A stretch of 51,865 nucleotides of DNA from IMG/VR virus record IMGVR_UViG_3300035156_000063; one strand, 5' to 3'. The stretch comes from a virus. The notes under the pieces were generated by a model, which was given only the letters and a program-made list of their open reading frames with translations, did no database searches and was not told where the DNA came from. Within the stretch, counting starts at the first letter, position 1; each line of letters starts with the position of its first letter. The position numbers were made by a program, and so were the translations under genes. Positions 16,502 through 27,214 of this stretch are shown here, one piece after another.

Positions 16502-18720
16502 TGGCGAAAGAAGGCTCTCGGGCAGAGATTAATACCTTCATCCAAGGACTAATTACAGAAGCGAGCCCTCTTAATTTTCCACCTAATGCTTCCAAGGATG
16601 AAGAGAACTTTGAATTGTTCCGGGATGGAACAAGGAAGCGTAGGCTAGGTTTAGACCTAGAAAAGGATGCTATTTATCTCAGCACCGGTATTGAAGACGC
16701 TGAGGATTTAAAAACTAAAGGACGTGCAGTATTCAAATGGGAAGCTGTGGCGGGTGATCCTAATAGAGAGTTTCTAGTAATCCAGTTCAATGGAATCCTC
16801 TATTTCTATGATTTGAATTCTGAAGAGAGCATGGGAAATTCGTTTAAAGGGGCTTGGGGAGGATTTGGACCAGCTCTTAATGGTAAATGTAATTTCGCAT
16901 CTCTGGAAGGCAATCTGGTTGTTACGTTTGGTGCCATGTTCATCGGAATTCTTCAATATCTTGCCGCCAGTAACACATTCTCTCAAAAGGTATTGCCTCT
17001 CTTGGTGAGAGATTTCTGGGGTGTTGAGGTCAAAACATTCGGGCCTGATTTCACTAAGTATGAAACTGATCCCCACTACCGAGGACTGATTGCTGGTGAA
17101 CAGCTATACAATCTTCGTAATCAGGGATGGGCCAGACCTAAGATTTTCTATGATGGTACAGATGATCCCCTCAAGTCTTACTTTGCATTCTATGGTAAAT
17201 ATCCATCTAATGCAGAAGTGGTTTGGACTGCCATGCAATATCAGCCAGTGCAAGCCAATGAAACCCCCTACGAGCGTATCTATGTAGAGCTTTACGCTCA
17301 ATACCTTGATGCCTCTGCATACGCCCCTAAAGGGTTCTTTATCATTGACGCTCTGAATCGAGGTTCGTCAAGACGAGAAGAGATGGACAAAAATGATGCG
17401 AATAGCCTTCCTATTGTCAATCTCAAATTCCCAGATCAAGCAGATAGGCTAAGGGACGATACCACTTTTGGTGGCGTAGCTCTTGTAGCTGAATTTGCAG
17501 GCCGTGCATTCTATGCGGGTTTTGGTGGGGAGGTAGGTAATGGCGATTCTCATAGTCCTAATATGTCCAATTACATTCTCTTTTCTCGTCTGGTAAGGAA
17601 TGTAAACGATATCAACAAGTGTTATCAGGAAGGAGATCCAACCTCCCGAGAAGGCTCTGACATCGTAGATAGCGATGGCGGTTATCTTCGTATCTCAGGA
17701 GCACAGAAGATCATCGGGCTTGAGAACATGGGAAGTAATCTTGTTGTCTTTGCAGACAATGGGGTATGGGCAGTTAGTGGAGGCTCTGAATATGGATTCA
17801 CTGCTACCAACTACAAAGTAACCAAGATCAGTTCTTATGGGGCTGTTAGTCATCGTAGCATTGTTAACTATGGTGGTGTTATGATGTATTGGGGAGAGGA
17901 TGCTATTTATAGGGTTGACCCTGATAAGTTTGCAGTTCTCAAGGTGGAGAGTATGACGCAAGTTACCATCCAGCGCTTCTATGATCAAATTCCTTTCGAG
18001 AGTAAGGAATCCGCTGAGGGTGTTTACGATGAAGATAACAAGCGGGTTGTGTGGCTGTATAAGGAGGGTAATTCATTCACTCCTGGATCAACCACTAAAG
18101 AACTCGTCTTCGATACCACTATCGGATGCTTCTATGTGAAGAAAATTTACAACACAGACAAAGCAGAAGCCATTCTTCCTTTTTATCGTAATACTGAGAT
18201 TTACTATTTAGCTATCACAAATCCTAGCTATCTGGATCATCCGGGGGCCCTAACATTTGCCACTTATAACAATCCTAGGTTCAAGGATTGGGAGAAGATT
18301 GATGGTGCAGGTGTGGATGCGAAAGCGTACATGCTAACCGGCTCACAGATTGCTGCTGATTCCGCAGTGGTTAAACAGATTCCATATCTGGTTATGCACT
18401 TTAGGAAGACAGAGTTTGAGACTGATGATAAAGGTGTTCCTAAGAATCAATCGGGATGTCTGTTCAGAACTCAGTGGGATTGGGCTACTGGGGAGCAGAG
18501 TAATAAATTCAGCGCTCTCTCTCAAGCCTATAAGTATCGTCGTATGTATCATGCTGATTTGCCTAATACCAAATACGACAATGGCTTTGAGACCGTAACA
18601 AGCAAGAATAAGATCAGAGGGAGAGGACGTTCCTTTGCTCTCTATCTCGAAACAGAACCCTTGAAGGATTGTAATATCTTGGGTTGGAACTTAACCATCA
18701 ATGGGAACGCACTTGCCTAA
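16501..18720 (+). CDS. Tail tubular protein B / nozzle-like, 739 aa
   Basis: Called on size and position in a podovirus-like structural module. Confidence 0.5.
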   Translation: MAKEGSRAEINTFIQGLITEASPLNFPPNASKDEENFELFRDGTRKRRLGLDLEKDAIYLSTGIEDAEDLKTKGRAVFKWEAVAGDPNREFLVIQFNGILYFYDLNSEESMGNSFKGAWGGFGPALNGKCNFASLEGNLVVTFGAMFIGILQYLAASNTFSQKVLPLLVRDFWGVEVKTFGPDFTKYETDPHYRGLIAGEQLYNLRNQGWARPKIFYDGTDDPLKSYFAFYGKYPSNAEVVWTAMQYQPVQANETPYERIYVELYAQYLDASAYAPKGFFIIDALNRGSSRREEMDKNDANSLPIVNLKFPDQADRLRDDTTFGGVALVAEFAGRAFYAGFGGEVGNGDSHSPNMSNYILFSRLVRNVNDINKCYQEGDPTSREGSDIVDSDGGYLRISGAQKIIGLENMGSNLVVFADNGVWAVSGGSEYGFTATNYKVTKISSYGAVSHRSIVNYGGVMMYWGEDAIYRVDPDKFAVLKVESMTQVTIQRFYDQIPFESKESAEGVYDEDNKRVVWLYKEGNSFTPGSTTKELVFDTTIGCFYVKKIYNTDKAEAILPFYRNTEIYYLAITNPSYLDHPGALTFATYNNPRFKDWEKIDGAGVDAKAYMLTGSQIAADSAVVKQIPYLVMHFRKTEFETDDKGVPKNQSGCLFRTQWDWATGEQSNKFSALSQAYKYRRMYHADLPNTKYDNGFETVTSKNKIRGRGRSFALYLETEPLKDCNILGWNLTINGNALA

Positions 18721-19171
18721 GATTACAGTAGAACTACTAACGGAGGAAGATGCAGAGTGGGCAGCCAGAGTAGCGGCTGCTCGCATGATTGCTGAAGAAG
18801 TAGGACGTCCTGAACTTGTTAATTACGACAATCTGGACCTAATTACTTCAACAGTCATCTCGACTGGCACAGCATTGATTGCTAAAGTTGATGGAGTGCG
18901 TGCCGGAGTTGTTGGTGGTTTTCTTGGGCCTAATGTGTTCAATTACAACTTCACAACTCTTACAGAGGTTATCTGGTATGTCCTACCTGAGTATAGAAAT
19001 ACAAGGGTAGGGCTTCTCCTTCTTAAAGAATTCATGGAGCTCGGAGAGGAAGTAGCAGATGAAACGATGTTCTGCCTCCTTCATTCAAGCCCTGTGAAGA
19101 TTCAAACTCTTGAGAAGAGAGGATTTCAGCTCTGCGAGTTCAATTTTAGAAAACAGAATGGGGTAATTTAA
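18701..19171 (+). CDS. GNAT-like acetyltransferase-fold protein, 156 aa, within the virion module
   Basis: The YRNTRVGLLLLKEF segment resembles the GNAT acetyl-CoA-binding motif. Overall length fits a single GNAT domain. Confidence 0.4.
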   Translation: MGTHLPKITVELLTEEDAEWAARVAAARMIAEEVGRPELVNYDNLDLITSTVISTGTALIAKVDGVRAGVVGGFLGPNVFNYNFTTLTEVIWYVLPEYRNTRVGLLLLKEFMELGEEVADETMFCLLHSSPVKIQTLEKRGFQLCEFNFRKQNGVI

Positions 19172-19660
19172 ATGGGTATTGCAAGCGCAATCATTGCTGC
19201 TGTCGGTGCCGTAGCTTCCTATGTCTCAAGCGAGAGGGGGCGAAAGAAGGCTGACAAGGCTTATGCTTCGGCCGCTAATGAGGCTAGACAGGCGAGAGCA
19301 GAGGATCAAGCCCTTAATGCTCAGAAGGCGGCACAGGAACGCCGTAGACAGGCCAGAGAAGAACGCATAATGCGTGGTAGGTTGATGCAACAGGCAGAGA
19401 ACAACGGTGTAGAGAGTAGTTCGGGAGAGTCGGGTGCAGTGGCAGGTTTGGCTACACAGCTAGGAGCTAACATTGGATTTAATCTAGGACAGATTGCAGG
19501 TGCTGGACGTATGAGCCAGAACATGCAAAACGCTGCGGATTACAACTTCGCTGCACAGAAAGCATTGTCTCATGCTCAGGGCGTGTCTGGTGGCTTTACG
19601 CTAGCCAGTAACATCTTTAGTAGCATGGGGTCCGCTGCTGGCTCTGGTGGTGGTAAATAA
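19172..19660 (+). CDS. Putative internal virion protein, 162 aa
   Basis: N-terminal hydrophobic segment, Gly/Ala/Ser-rich low complexity, and a position before the giant protein. Confidence 0.45.
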   Translation: MGIASAIIAAVGAVASYVSSERGRKKADKAYASAANEARQARAEDQALNAQKAAQERRRQAREERIMRGRLMQQAENNGVESSSGESGAVAGLATQLGANIGFNLGQIAGAGRMSQNMQNAADYNFAAQKALSHAQGVSGGFTLASNIFSSMGSAAGSGGGK

Positions 19661-19675
19661 CATAAAAGGAAACAC

Positions 19676-22600
19676 ATGGACATTCTTGAAGAAAGCTTTG
19701 GGACAACTATGGAACCTGTTGAGTCCCTAGAGAATATGGTGGAGGTTCGTCCTGCTCCTACCTCTGGCTTCCCTCCTAATTCCGTTCGCAACAGAGCTGC
19801 CACCACTGCCATCTTGACGAGTGAGCCAGAGGAAATGGTAGAAAGATACCGCCTGATGATGCAGGAAGCTAGTGAAGGACAGGATGTAACGCATCAACAA
19901 GCAATGCAAGCAATTGCAGATCGCAATAAATCAGGCAGTATGAAACACGTAATTGGAATCCTTGGGGACCAGAACATCCCCTTGGACCAAAAGCGTAAGC
20001 TGATGAACTTCGTACAGACTACGGATTTCAAAGCCGAACCAGCCGTTGTTCTCCAATCCCAAGCCCTTGCTGCTGATAATAAAGGGGAAGACTTCCGGGG
20101 GGAAGCCGCTCGTATTAGCACTGCGGATGTAATGGGAGAGATGCAAGAGGAGCGTGAGAATCGTCAGAAGCTGATGAATGGCTTCATGGCCACTCTTCCT
20201 AGTGCTAATGCAGGTTTGATTGGAGATATGGCTGCTGCGGAGGTACTGCCCTTCGGACGTAATGCTATTGCGGCTAATGTCGCTAAGAGTGTTAATGAGA
20301 AGGCAGGTACTCCTACAGGCTTGGGTTCTTGGATTAAAAACTTCCTACTGCCGGGATCGACCAAGGCAGACCTTCAGGCAAAGCTGTTGTCTATTCCTCC
20401 TGAGAAGAGAGCTGAATATACTAAGAGCCTGCTTGGCGGTATTAAAGACAGCGCCAGTGTGTTCCATAACGAGAATTACTACGCTCAGTATTCGACAGCA
20501 GTGAACATCTTGGATCAGCCACAACACAGCAATGGGCAAATCTGGACAGAAAATATGATGACTGTCTTGGATGCTTTCTGGGTTGGTAGTGAAATCCGAG
20601 CAGCCAAGATCGGTATTGGTGGTGGTCTTAAGGCAGCCGAATTTGCTAATGCTACACAGAGCGCTAAGCAATCTGAAATGCTTCGTCTTGGATATGATGC
20701 CCCTGCGTCTGCTAAGGCACCAGCAGCAGGTAAGGATGCTCTCGACGAGATTATCAGCCGTAGCGCTAAATCCCCAATGCCTTCTAAGGAAGCAGCTAAT
20801 GTACAAAAACAGATTTCAAAGCTGGAAGCAGAGAGGGCTAGCCTATTAGGGGATGCAGGTAATTTAGCTGGTAAGGGAGATGTGGCATCTATGAGTGATG
20901 AGCTTAAAGCGCTCAATGCTAATAGGCCAGACTCTAGCGAGGCAGCTATTAACGCCTTGGCTAAAGAACTACAGGCTTCTAAGAAGTTGAAATATCAGGA
21001 TGCTAAAAAAGAAGCCAGCCGACAAATCCAAGATCAAGTTGTGGAGTTCGAGGGTAGGGTTGGTCATATTACTCAGCAAATTAGTGTTAACCGTACTTCA
21101 GCTACTGTAAGCCAAAGACTGGACGTGTTGGACAAGCAGATTGAAAATCTTAAGAAAGGTGCTGTTGCCTCTCCGGGGTTGAAGAATCCAATTGCTGAAT
21201 CCCTTGAGCGTATCAAGCTTAACTCTGTTGTACGTAGGGAGCATCCTGCTTCCCCTTACAGCATTGTGGAACAGGTGAATCCTGCTCAGGCCCGTTCTAT
21301 GCATCAGGCTATCTTGTCGGGATCGGATGAAGTGGCAGAAGCCCTCACCGGGATGAATCGGGAACAAGCACTGGCTAATAACATCTATCCGCAGGTTGGT
21401 GCGGAAAGCGGAAATGTTCTTAACAAAGTTAATCAGGAAGTGGTTGAGGCTTTGCAAAATACTGGGGCCACTCGATATACGGCCCAAGAGTTTGAGCAGA
21501 CAGTTGCTAATACGAAGAGGGATTTTCGTAATGCCACAGGATTAGAGATTAACGATTCTATGACCACGTTCCGAGTGAATGGGGATCATATTGCTATTGA
21601 TGCTCACTATTCTACGGCTGGAGGTTCTTTTGATAATGCAACAGCGGCACGAGAGCAGGCTAAATATGCCCTCCGAGGCTATGGCATTCGTGATGATGAG
21701 ATTGTCATTATGAAGAAGAAAGGATTGGACTACGTTCCTTACAATGATGGACCTGCTCCAGGATTTGTGAGAATGTACCATGGTGGTGCAAAGCCCGATG
21801 GTGCAAGATTTGTTTCTCCTGACTTTAAATATGCTAAAGAGTATGCTGAGAAATCAGGAAGTGCAGTACATTATGTTGACATTCCAGAAGGCCATTCTAA
21901 GCTTACTAAAGCTTTTGATGATTCCGGAACCAGTGTAAAGGCTCCCTATAACTCTTTTGAGGTTGATGAGGAACTCGCTAAAGGGTTTAAAGAATATGGT
22001 GTGTCTGAGCCTGGGGACTACATTGTCAAGGTTAAGACTAACCATGCTATCACAGACGGTCAGGTTGAAGAATGGAATCCTCTCAGTGTCAAGAGAAACT
22101 TTGTAGATCGTATTGGACAACTGACCAGTGAGAAGTACGGAAGTATGTCCGGTAATCTTTTTGATCCGGGTAGCATGCTACACCCTACTCTGACAGGCAG
22201 CGCCTCTACTGCTACAGACCAAGCTATTAATTTTGAGAACGTTCTTCTCAAGCCTATTAAGGAACTGCGTACTGAGTTTGCTTCCTTTGGCAGTGAAAGA
22301 ATGACCAAGCTGAATGAATACATTGTTGAGGCAAACGTAAAAGGAATGAAGCATGATCCTTTACAACTGGCCGCTCGTGGATTCAATCCTCAAGAGATTC
22401 AGAGCTTGAAGAAGTGGAATGACATCTGGGATGGTCACTACTATCTGGAAAACTATGACTTGGTTCGCACTCTGAATTCTCAAGGGTTCCAAGTGTTGGA
22501 GGCTAATGGGACTAAGATGTTTGGCCGTAACGTAAGCAAGAATCAGAATATCGGAAAGGTTTATGACCCTGCGATTGATGATGTTGCTGTCCTGACTAAA

Positions 22601-25060
22601 TCTGAGATGGATGACCTCTACAACAAAGGAGGCAGCTATGCTGTTCTTCGTAGACCGGTTGACATCAATGGCACTATGGTTGAACACATGATTGTTCGTA
22701 ACACCCCTACGGAATATCTTCGTAAGGTTAGGGATACGGATGCTGTTCTCAACTATCGTGAAGGCTACTACACGGTTAATTACAAAGCTCCTAAGTTCAT
22801 TGACGAACTACATACAGATGCGAGTGGCAAGGTTACTCGTAAGACTGTAGCAGTGGCTGGCAATACCGCAGACGCAGATATGTTCGTTAAGAGTCAAACC
22901 CAAGCATCTGGTATTCGTCATGAGATTCGTGAAGACACTAGAGGATTTAAGAAGGATGGAGATGGCTATTGGGATTTGAATGAAGCCAGTGGTCGTATTG
23001 CCCAGAGACGTCGTGGGAAACCCCTTACAGAGGCTACAGGTGTTAATCAGCTTGGTGGTGGTAGCTTTGTAGAAAATCCTATGGAAAGTGCTGTGAGGGC
23101 TGCTAAGAGCCTTGCTGGCCGTTCTGTTAGCCGTCCTGTGTTGGAGACAGCCAAGAAGCGCTTCATGGAGCAATATGGAGATATGCTTCCTCCTAACGGT
23201 ATGGGTGGTAAAGACTATCCTAAGAACATTTCTGAGATTGTTGACCACGTAAGTCATACTAGCAGCCAAGTAGCTGATGCTCGTACCACTTACGGATACA
23301 TCGAGTTCTTAGAGAATGGCTATATCAACATGGCAGATGAGGCATTCAAGGCAGGTATGAATGTTATTGCTGACACGCTTGGTAAGTTCCATCTGTCTAC
23401 CGGAGAGCGTGCTGCTCGTGCTGTAGGTGATCTTGCTCCTACTAACGTGGGCAAGGCCACTGTATTCCAAGCATACATTGCGATGTCTAATCCAATTCGT
23501 CAATGGATTGTGCAGAGCCACCAAGCAGGCCGCATGGTTGCTTACAACCCTAAAGGTGTTCTGAATGGCGGCTGGGCTTCTCGTATGTCTGGTTATTTGC
23601 AAGTGAGTGCGGGTATTGGTCAGCCAAGCAAGGCTGCTAAAGACTTCCATAAGTTTGTAACCGACAGCGGAATGGTTGCTGGTGTTGACCGTAACAGCTT
23701 GGTTCGTGGACTTGGATTGTCTATGGCGGATAGTTCTTCGGGAGTTAAACGAGCGGCTGGTAGTGTGATGTCTGTTCCACAAACTATCGGCTTTGATATT
23801 GGTGAGAAGGTTAATATGATGGGACACTTGGCTGCTGTCCATGAGAAATATACTCGCAAGGGTATTGACCTTATGAATAAAACCAATCGTGACCTTGCAT
23901 ACACCGAAGCTCGTGCACTCAGCTATGACTTGAATAAAGCTGGAGAACTCACTTACACGCAATCAACCATGGCAATGGCTGTTCAGTTCTTGCAGATGCC
24001 ACACAAGGCTATTCTTCAAGCTACCAATCGCAAGCTCCCTTTGAGTGTACGTATGCGTTTGATGGGCTGGGATATGCTGATGTGGGGTGCCCCTGTAGGT
24101 GTTGTGTCTTCTATGATGACTGCTGCGGGTGCTGACGGAGGTGACATTCTTCCTGATGATCCAGAACATCGTGAGATGTTTGTAGACGGAATGGAAGCAT
24201 GGGCACTTAATAAAGCAATCAACGATTTGGACGACAGCGATGAAGAAACTCGTATTGACTTTAGTGCTTTGGCTCCTAATGCTATGGATGGATGGGCGAG
24301 AATGTACACGGCGCTCCTTGATGATGGTTTCATGGGCATGGTTGCTGCTTCTCCTGCTGGTCAGTTGTTCGCAGTGGATGGGACCAATAACAGTCGGAGA
24401 AACGGTCGTATCCCCACGGCCATGAAAACCATGGGGCGCTATTTCAATGTGATTGATGAGATTGATCCTAACAATCCAACAGAGTTCGGTACGGTCTTGA
24501 ATGATGTAGCCAAGATTACCTCTGGATGGACTGCTGCTGACAATGCACTAATCATGCTTGAAACTCGTAAGAAGATGGACGGTCAAGGGGTTACAGTGGA
24601 TTCTAGTGTTACCACTCCTGAGATTGCAGCCGCCTTCTTGGGCTTTGGTACTAAGAGCACCAAGGAACTCTATGAGATTAGCAAGAGCCGCACCGCTGCT
24701 AAGAAACAGCATGACGAGGAAGTGATGCGTAAGTATCGTGACATTGTCTCTTATTACAAGCAAGAGCTGGGGAAAGACAATCCAGATGTGGAACACATCC
24801 AGAAAGTTACCAGCATGCTTATGCGTACCTTTGACGAACCGTATGATCGTAACCTTGTTCAACAACAATGGAAACGTGATCTGGAAGGCAAAGAACAAGC
24901 ACTGTTGGAGATGATGTTCAAGCACACTACCATGCCAAGCCGTAAGAGCATGGAAGATGACATCCGCAAGATGCCTGTCAGCGACAATGTAAAGAACCAG
25001 ATGATGGAACGTTACAGAAGCGTTAATCAGATTCGAGAAAACAATAAAGAAGAGGAATAA
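19676..25060 (+). CDS. Giant internal virion / ejection protein, 1794 aa
   Basis: The largest ORF, at the position equivalent to T7 gp15/gp16. The central segment MYHGG...FKYAKEYA... weakly resembles an ADP-ribosyltransferase core (see finding). Confidence 0.6.
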   Translation: MDILEESFGTTMEPVESLENMVEVRPAPTSGFPPNSVRNRAATTAILTSEPEEMVERYRLMMQEASEGQDVTHQQAMQAIADRNKSGSMKHVIGILGDQNIPLDQKRKLMNFVQTTDFKAEPAVVLQSQALAADNKGEDFRGEAARISTADVMGEMQEERENRQKLMNGFMATLPSANAGLIGDMAAAEVLPFGRNAIAANVAKSVNEKAGTPTGLGSWIKNFLLPGSTKADLQAKLLSIPPEKRAEYTKSLLGGIKDSASVFHNENYYAQYSTAVNILDQPQHSNGQIWTENMMTVLDAFWVGSEIRAAKIGIGGGLKAAEFANATQSAKQSEMLRLGYDAPASAKAPAAGKDALDEIISRSAKSPMPSKEAANVQKQISKLEAERASLLGDAGNLAGKGDVASMSDELKALNANRPDSSEAAINALAKELQASKKLKYQDAKKEASRQIQDQVVEFEGRVGHITQQISVNRTSATVSQRLDVLDKQIENLKKGAVASPGLKNPIAESLERIKLNSVVRREHPASPYSIVEQVNPAQARSMHQAILSGSDEVAEALTGMNREQALANNIYPQVGAESGNVLNKVNQEVVEALQNTGATRYTAQEFEQTVANTKRDFRNATGLEINDSMTTFRVNGDHIAIDAHYSTAGGSFDNATAAREQAKYALRGYGIRDDEIVIMKKKGLDYVPYNDGPAPGFVRMYHGGAKPDGARFVSPDFKYAKEYAEKSGSAVHYVDIPEGHSKLTKAFDDSGTSVKAPYNSFEVDEELAKGFKEYGVSEPGDYIVKVKTNHAITDGQVEEWNPLSVKRNFVDRIGQLTSEKYGSMSGNLFDPGSMLHPTLTGSASTATDQAINFENVLLKPIKELRTEFASFGSERMTKLNEYIVEANVKGMKHDPLQLAARGFNPQEIQSLKKWNDIWDGHYYLENYDLVRTLNSQGFQVLEANGTKMFGRNVSKNQNIGKVYDPAIDDVAVLTKSEMDDLYNKGGSYAVLRRPVDINGTMVEHMIVRNTPTEYLRKVRDTDAVLNYREGYYTVNYKAPKFIDELHTDASGKVTRKTVAVAGNTADADMFVKSQTQASGIRHEIREDTRGFKKDGDGYWDLNEASGRIAQRRRGKPLTEATGVNQLGGGSFVENPMESAVRAAKSLAGRSVSRPVLETAKKRFMEQYGDMLPPNGMGGKDYPKNISEIVDHVSHTSSQVADARTTYGYIEFLENGYINMADEAFKAGMNVIADTLGKFHLSTGERAARAVGDLAPTNVGKATVFQAYIAMSNPIRQWIVQSHQAGRMVAYNPKGVLNGGWASRMSGYLQVSAGIGQPSKAAKDFHKFVTDSGMVAGVDRNSLVRGLGLSMADSSSGVKRAAGSVMSVPQTIGFDIGEKVNMMGHLAAVHEKYTRKGIDLMNKTNRDLAYTEARALSYDLNKAGELTYTQSTMAMAVQFLQMPHKAILQATNRKLPLSVRMRLMGWDMLMWGAPVGVVSSMMTAAGADGGDILPDDPEHREMFVDGMEAWALNKAINDLDDSDEETRIDFSALAPNAMDGWARMYTALLDDGFMGMVAASPAGQLFAVDGTNNSRRNGRIPTAMKTMGRYFNVIDEIDPNNPTEFGTVLNDVAKITSGWTAADNALIMLETRKKMDGQGVTVDSSVTTPEIAAAFLGFGTKSTKELYEISKSRTAAKKQHDEEVMRKYRDIVSYYKQELGKDNPDVEHIQKVTSMLMRTFDEPYDRNLVQQQWKRDLEGKEQALLEMMFKHTTMPSRKSMEDDIRKMPVSDNVKNQMMERYRSVNQIRENNKEEE

Positions 25061-25062
25061 TT

Positions 25063-26865
25063 TTGGCTGATTTCAATGTCAATCTTTCGGGGCCACAGGC
25101 AGCAGGGGCAGAAACAGTTGCCCCTGTTCAGCAACAAACTGCTGGTCCTATGAACTTTGATGGGCTTAACCGAGCTGTTGATCTTATTGGTAAAGCTTTC
25201 AGGGATAAGAGTAAGGACGATGCTGCGGCACGTAGGAATGCAGTTGTGGGGGAATACATCAATAATGAGAAGGTATACACTGATGCGCTAACTAGCGGTC
25301 AGTGGAATGCTGCTCAAGTGGGAACAGCTTCTCGTGCCAACTACACTAAACTCTTGGCTTCCTATCCAGAATATGCGACTGAACTGGTTGAGGCCAAGAA
25401 GGCAGTGTATGACGGTACGGAAGTGGGAGAGGCACAGAAACAAGTAGATCGGGACATTGCTCTTAGAGAAAGCGCTAAGAAGAATGCTTCCGATGAAGGC
25501 TACGTGTTCTATTCGGGGATGGGAAAGGATGCTGAGGATAAAACCTTGGATGCCTACAACTATGCCAAGCGCCTCAAACAAGAAACGGAAGCAGGTTATA
25601 AACGCGACGAACAAGAACGTGCTCAGAATGCAGAACAGCGTGCTCAGACCAATCATGTTCAATCGGTCACGGACTACCAGAGGAAGGAAGATGCTAAGCA
25701 GGGATTGGTAACCATCGCAGATAAGAACTTTGATGCTTTAGGTTCACAGGTCACAGACCTGATGGGCAATACCACAATGCCTTTCGAACAGAAGGTTATG
25801 CTCATTGATGCCAATGCCAATCGTATTAAGCAAGGGCTTCAAGCTGTAGCTGCTGCTAATCCCGAGATGGCCGCCCCTTGGCAACGTCTGGTTGATGACA
25901 TCCATGCTAATGCAGTTAAGATGATGGACCCTAAAGCCAAGGTTGAAGGGGAGGCTTCTAGGCTGAAAGCTGAATTCGATTCTATTATGTATCGAGCTAA
26001 GATTTCTGCTGTAGCTGATCCCGCATTGCGAACCGCTGTCGTGGGAACAGACCTCTTCAAAGACCCTGCTCTCATTCAGCTCACTGCCTCTCCTAAGATC
26101 ATCTCTTGGTTAGCACAGGCAGGTCTGGGAGGAACCTCAACCCCTGCTGCTCCTATTGTCGGCACCCCGGATGAGAAGGGTGCGCTAAAGGGTCTTAAAG
26201 GAGCTATTAGCAATCTTAATAATGGCAAGGTGACCGATAAGGCCAAAGCCACTCAGGAGGCTATTAACGCTACCAACGAGGTGATGCGGCAGACTAGTAA
26301 GATGGACGGAAGCATTAGCCCTGCTGCTCTTAAAGAACTTAGCTCTTTCTATAGCTCTACGGAGTTTGGTACACTAGCAGCTTCGGGAAAAGTGGACATG
26401 CCTACCATGCAGAATGCAAAGCAGGTATTCCAAGTGTCTTATGAACCATCTGTGAAGACGGCTATCATGCAGCGTCTAGAAGAGCCAATCACGAGAAGTG
26501 TAGGACGTGATGGTGGCAACAGAGGACAGCCACAACAGAAGATGATTGACACTGTTGATATCGTATTCTCAGGTAGCCAAGTGTCCTTCAAAGATAAGCC
26601 CGGCTCTAGCCAAACAATTGGAAGCAGCTTTACGCGCAGTGGTCTTGATGCGGCAGCAGCAGGTCTTAACACCCTAGTTCACATGGGGGCGCATATGGAA
26701 GGAACTACAGATTACGGTAAATATTGGGAGTCTAATAAGCATTTGCTTCTTCCTGCTGTTTTCCCTGACCCCAAGAAACTTAAGGTTGGAGACGTGGTGG
26801 ACGGATACAAATACACAGGAGGCGCATATGGCGACCGAAGCAACTGGCAGCGACAAGACAAGTGA
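25063..26865 (+). CDS. Putative internal virion protein, 600 aa (TTG start)
   Basis: ORF directly following the giant protein. The tracked start at 25063 is TTG. Confidence 0.55.
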   Translation: MADFNVNLSGPQAAGAETVAPVQQQTAGPMNFDGLNRAVDLIGKAFRDKSKDDAAARRNAVVGEYINNEKVYTDALTSGQWNAAQVGTASRANYTKLLASYPEYATELVEAKKAVYDGTEVGEAQKQVDRDIALRESAKKNASDEGYVFYSGMGKDAEDKTLDAYNYAKRLKQETEAGYKRDEQERAQNAEQRAQTNHVQSVTDYQRKEDAKQGLVTIADKNFDALGSQVTDLMGNTTMPFEQKVMLIDANANRIKQGLQAVAAANPEMAAPWQRLVDDIHANAVKMMDPKAKVEGEASRLKAEFDSIMYRAKISAVADPALRTAVVGTDLFKDPALIQLTASPKIISWLAQAGLGGTSTPAAPIVGTPDEKGALKGLKGAISNLNNGKVTDKAKATQEAINATNEVMRQTSKMDGSISPAALKELSSFYSSTEFGTLAASGKVDMPTMQNAKQVFQVSYEPSVKTAIMQRLEEPITRSVGRDGGNRGQPQQKMIDTVDIVFSGSQVSFKDKPGSSQTIGSSFTRSGLDAAAAGLNTLVHMGAHMEGTTDYGKYWESNKHLLLPAVFPDPKKLKVGDVVDGYKYTGGAYGDRSNWQRQDK

Positions 26866-27214
26866 ACCATGGACCAAGAGCTGGAATGAAGCACCAGCTC
26901 CCACTCCTAAACAAGAAGAGCCTGTACAAGCCCCTCAGAAGGCCTCAGGAGGCCCTTGGGAGCGATCTTGGGCCGCTCCCCCACAAGTGGCTAAACGAAG
27001 CCCTGTAGCCGCTCCTAGCAAGCCTGTGGATGTGGTTCCAAGTGAGGGGTGGGCGAGTGTGAATGCCAAGTATAAAGCAGGACAAGCCAACAGGGATCAG
27101 GTACAGCTTGACACCCTGAGGGCAGAACTCTCTAAAGAATCTGATAAGACGAACAGAGAGCGGATTACCCGAGAGATTGGCCGTGTAGAGCAAACTATTA
27201 AGAAGGGTGCGTAA
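26828..27214 (+). CDS. Hypothetical Pro/Lys-rich protein, about 128 aa
   Basis: The tracked ORF is 26786-27214. The ATG at 26828 has an AGGAGG SD 5 nt upstream. Confidence 0.5.
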   Translation: MATEATGSDKTSEPWTKSWNEAPAPTPKQEEPVQAPQKASGGPWERSWAAPPQVAKRSPVAAPSKPVDVVPSEGWASVNAKYKAGQANRDQVQLDTLRAELSKESDKTNRERITREIGRVEQTIKKGA

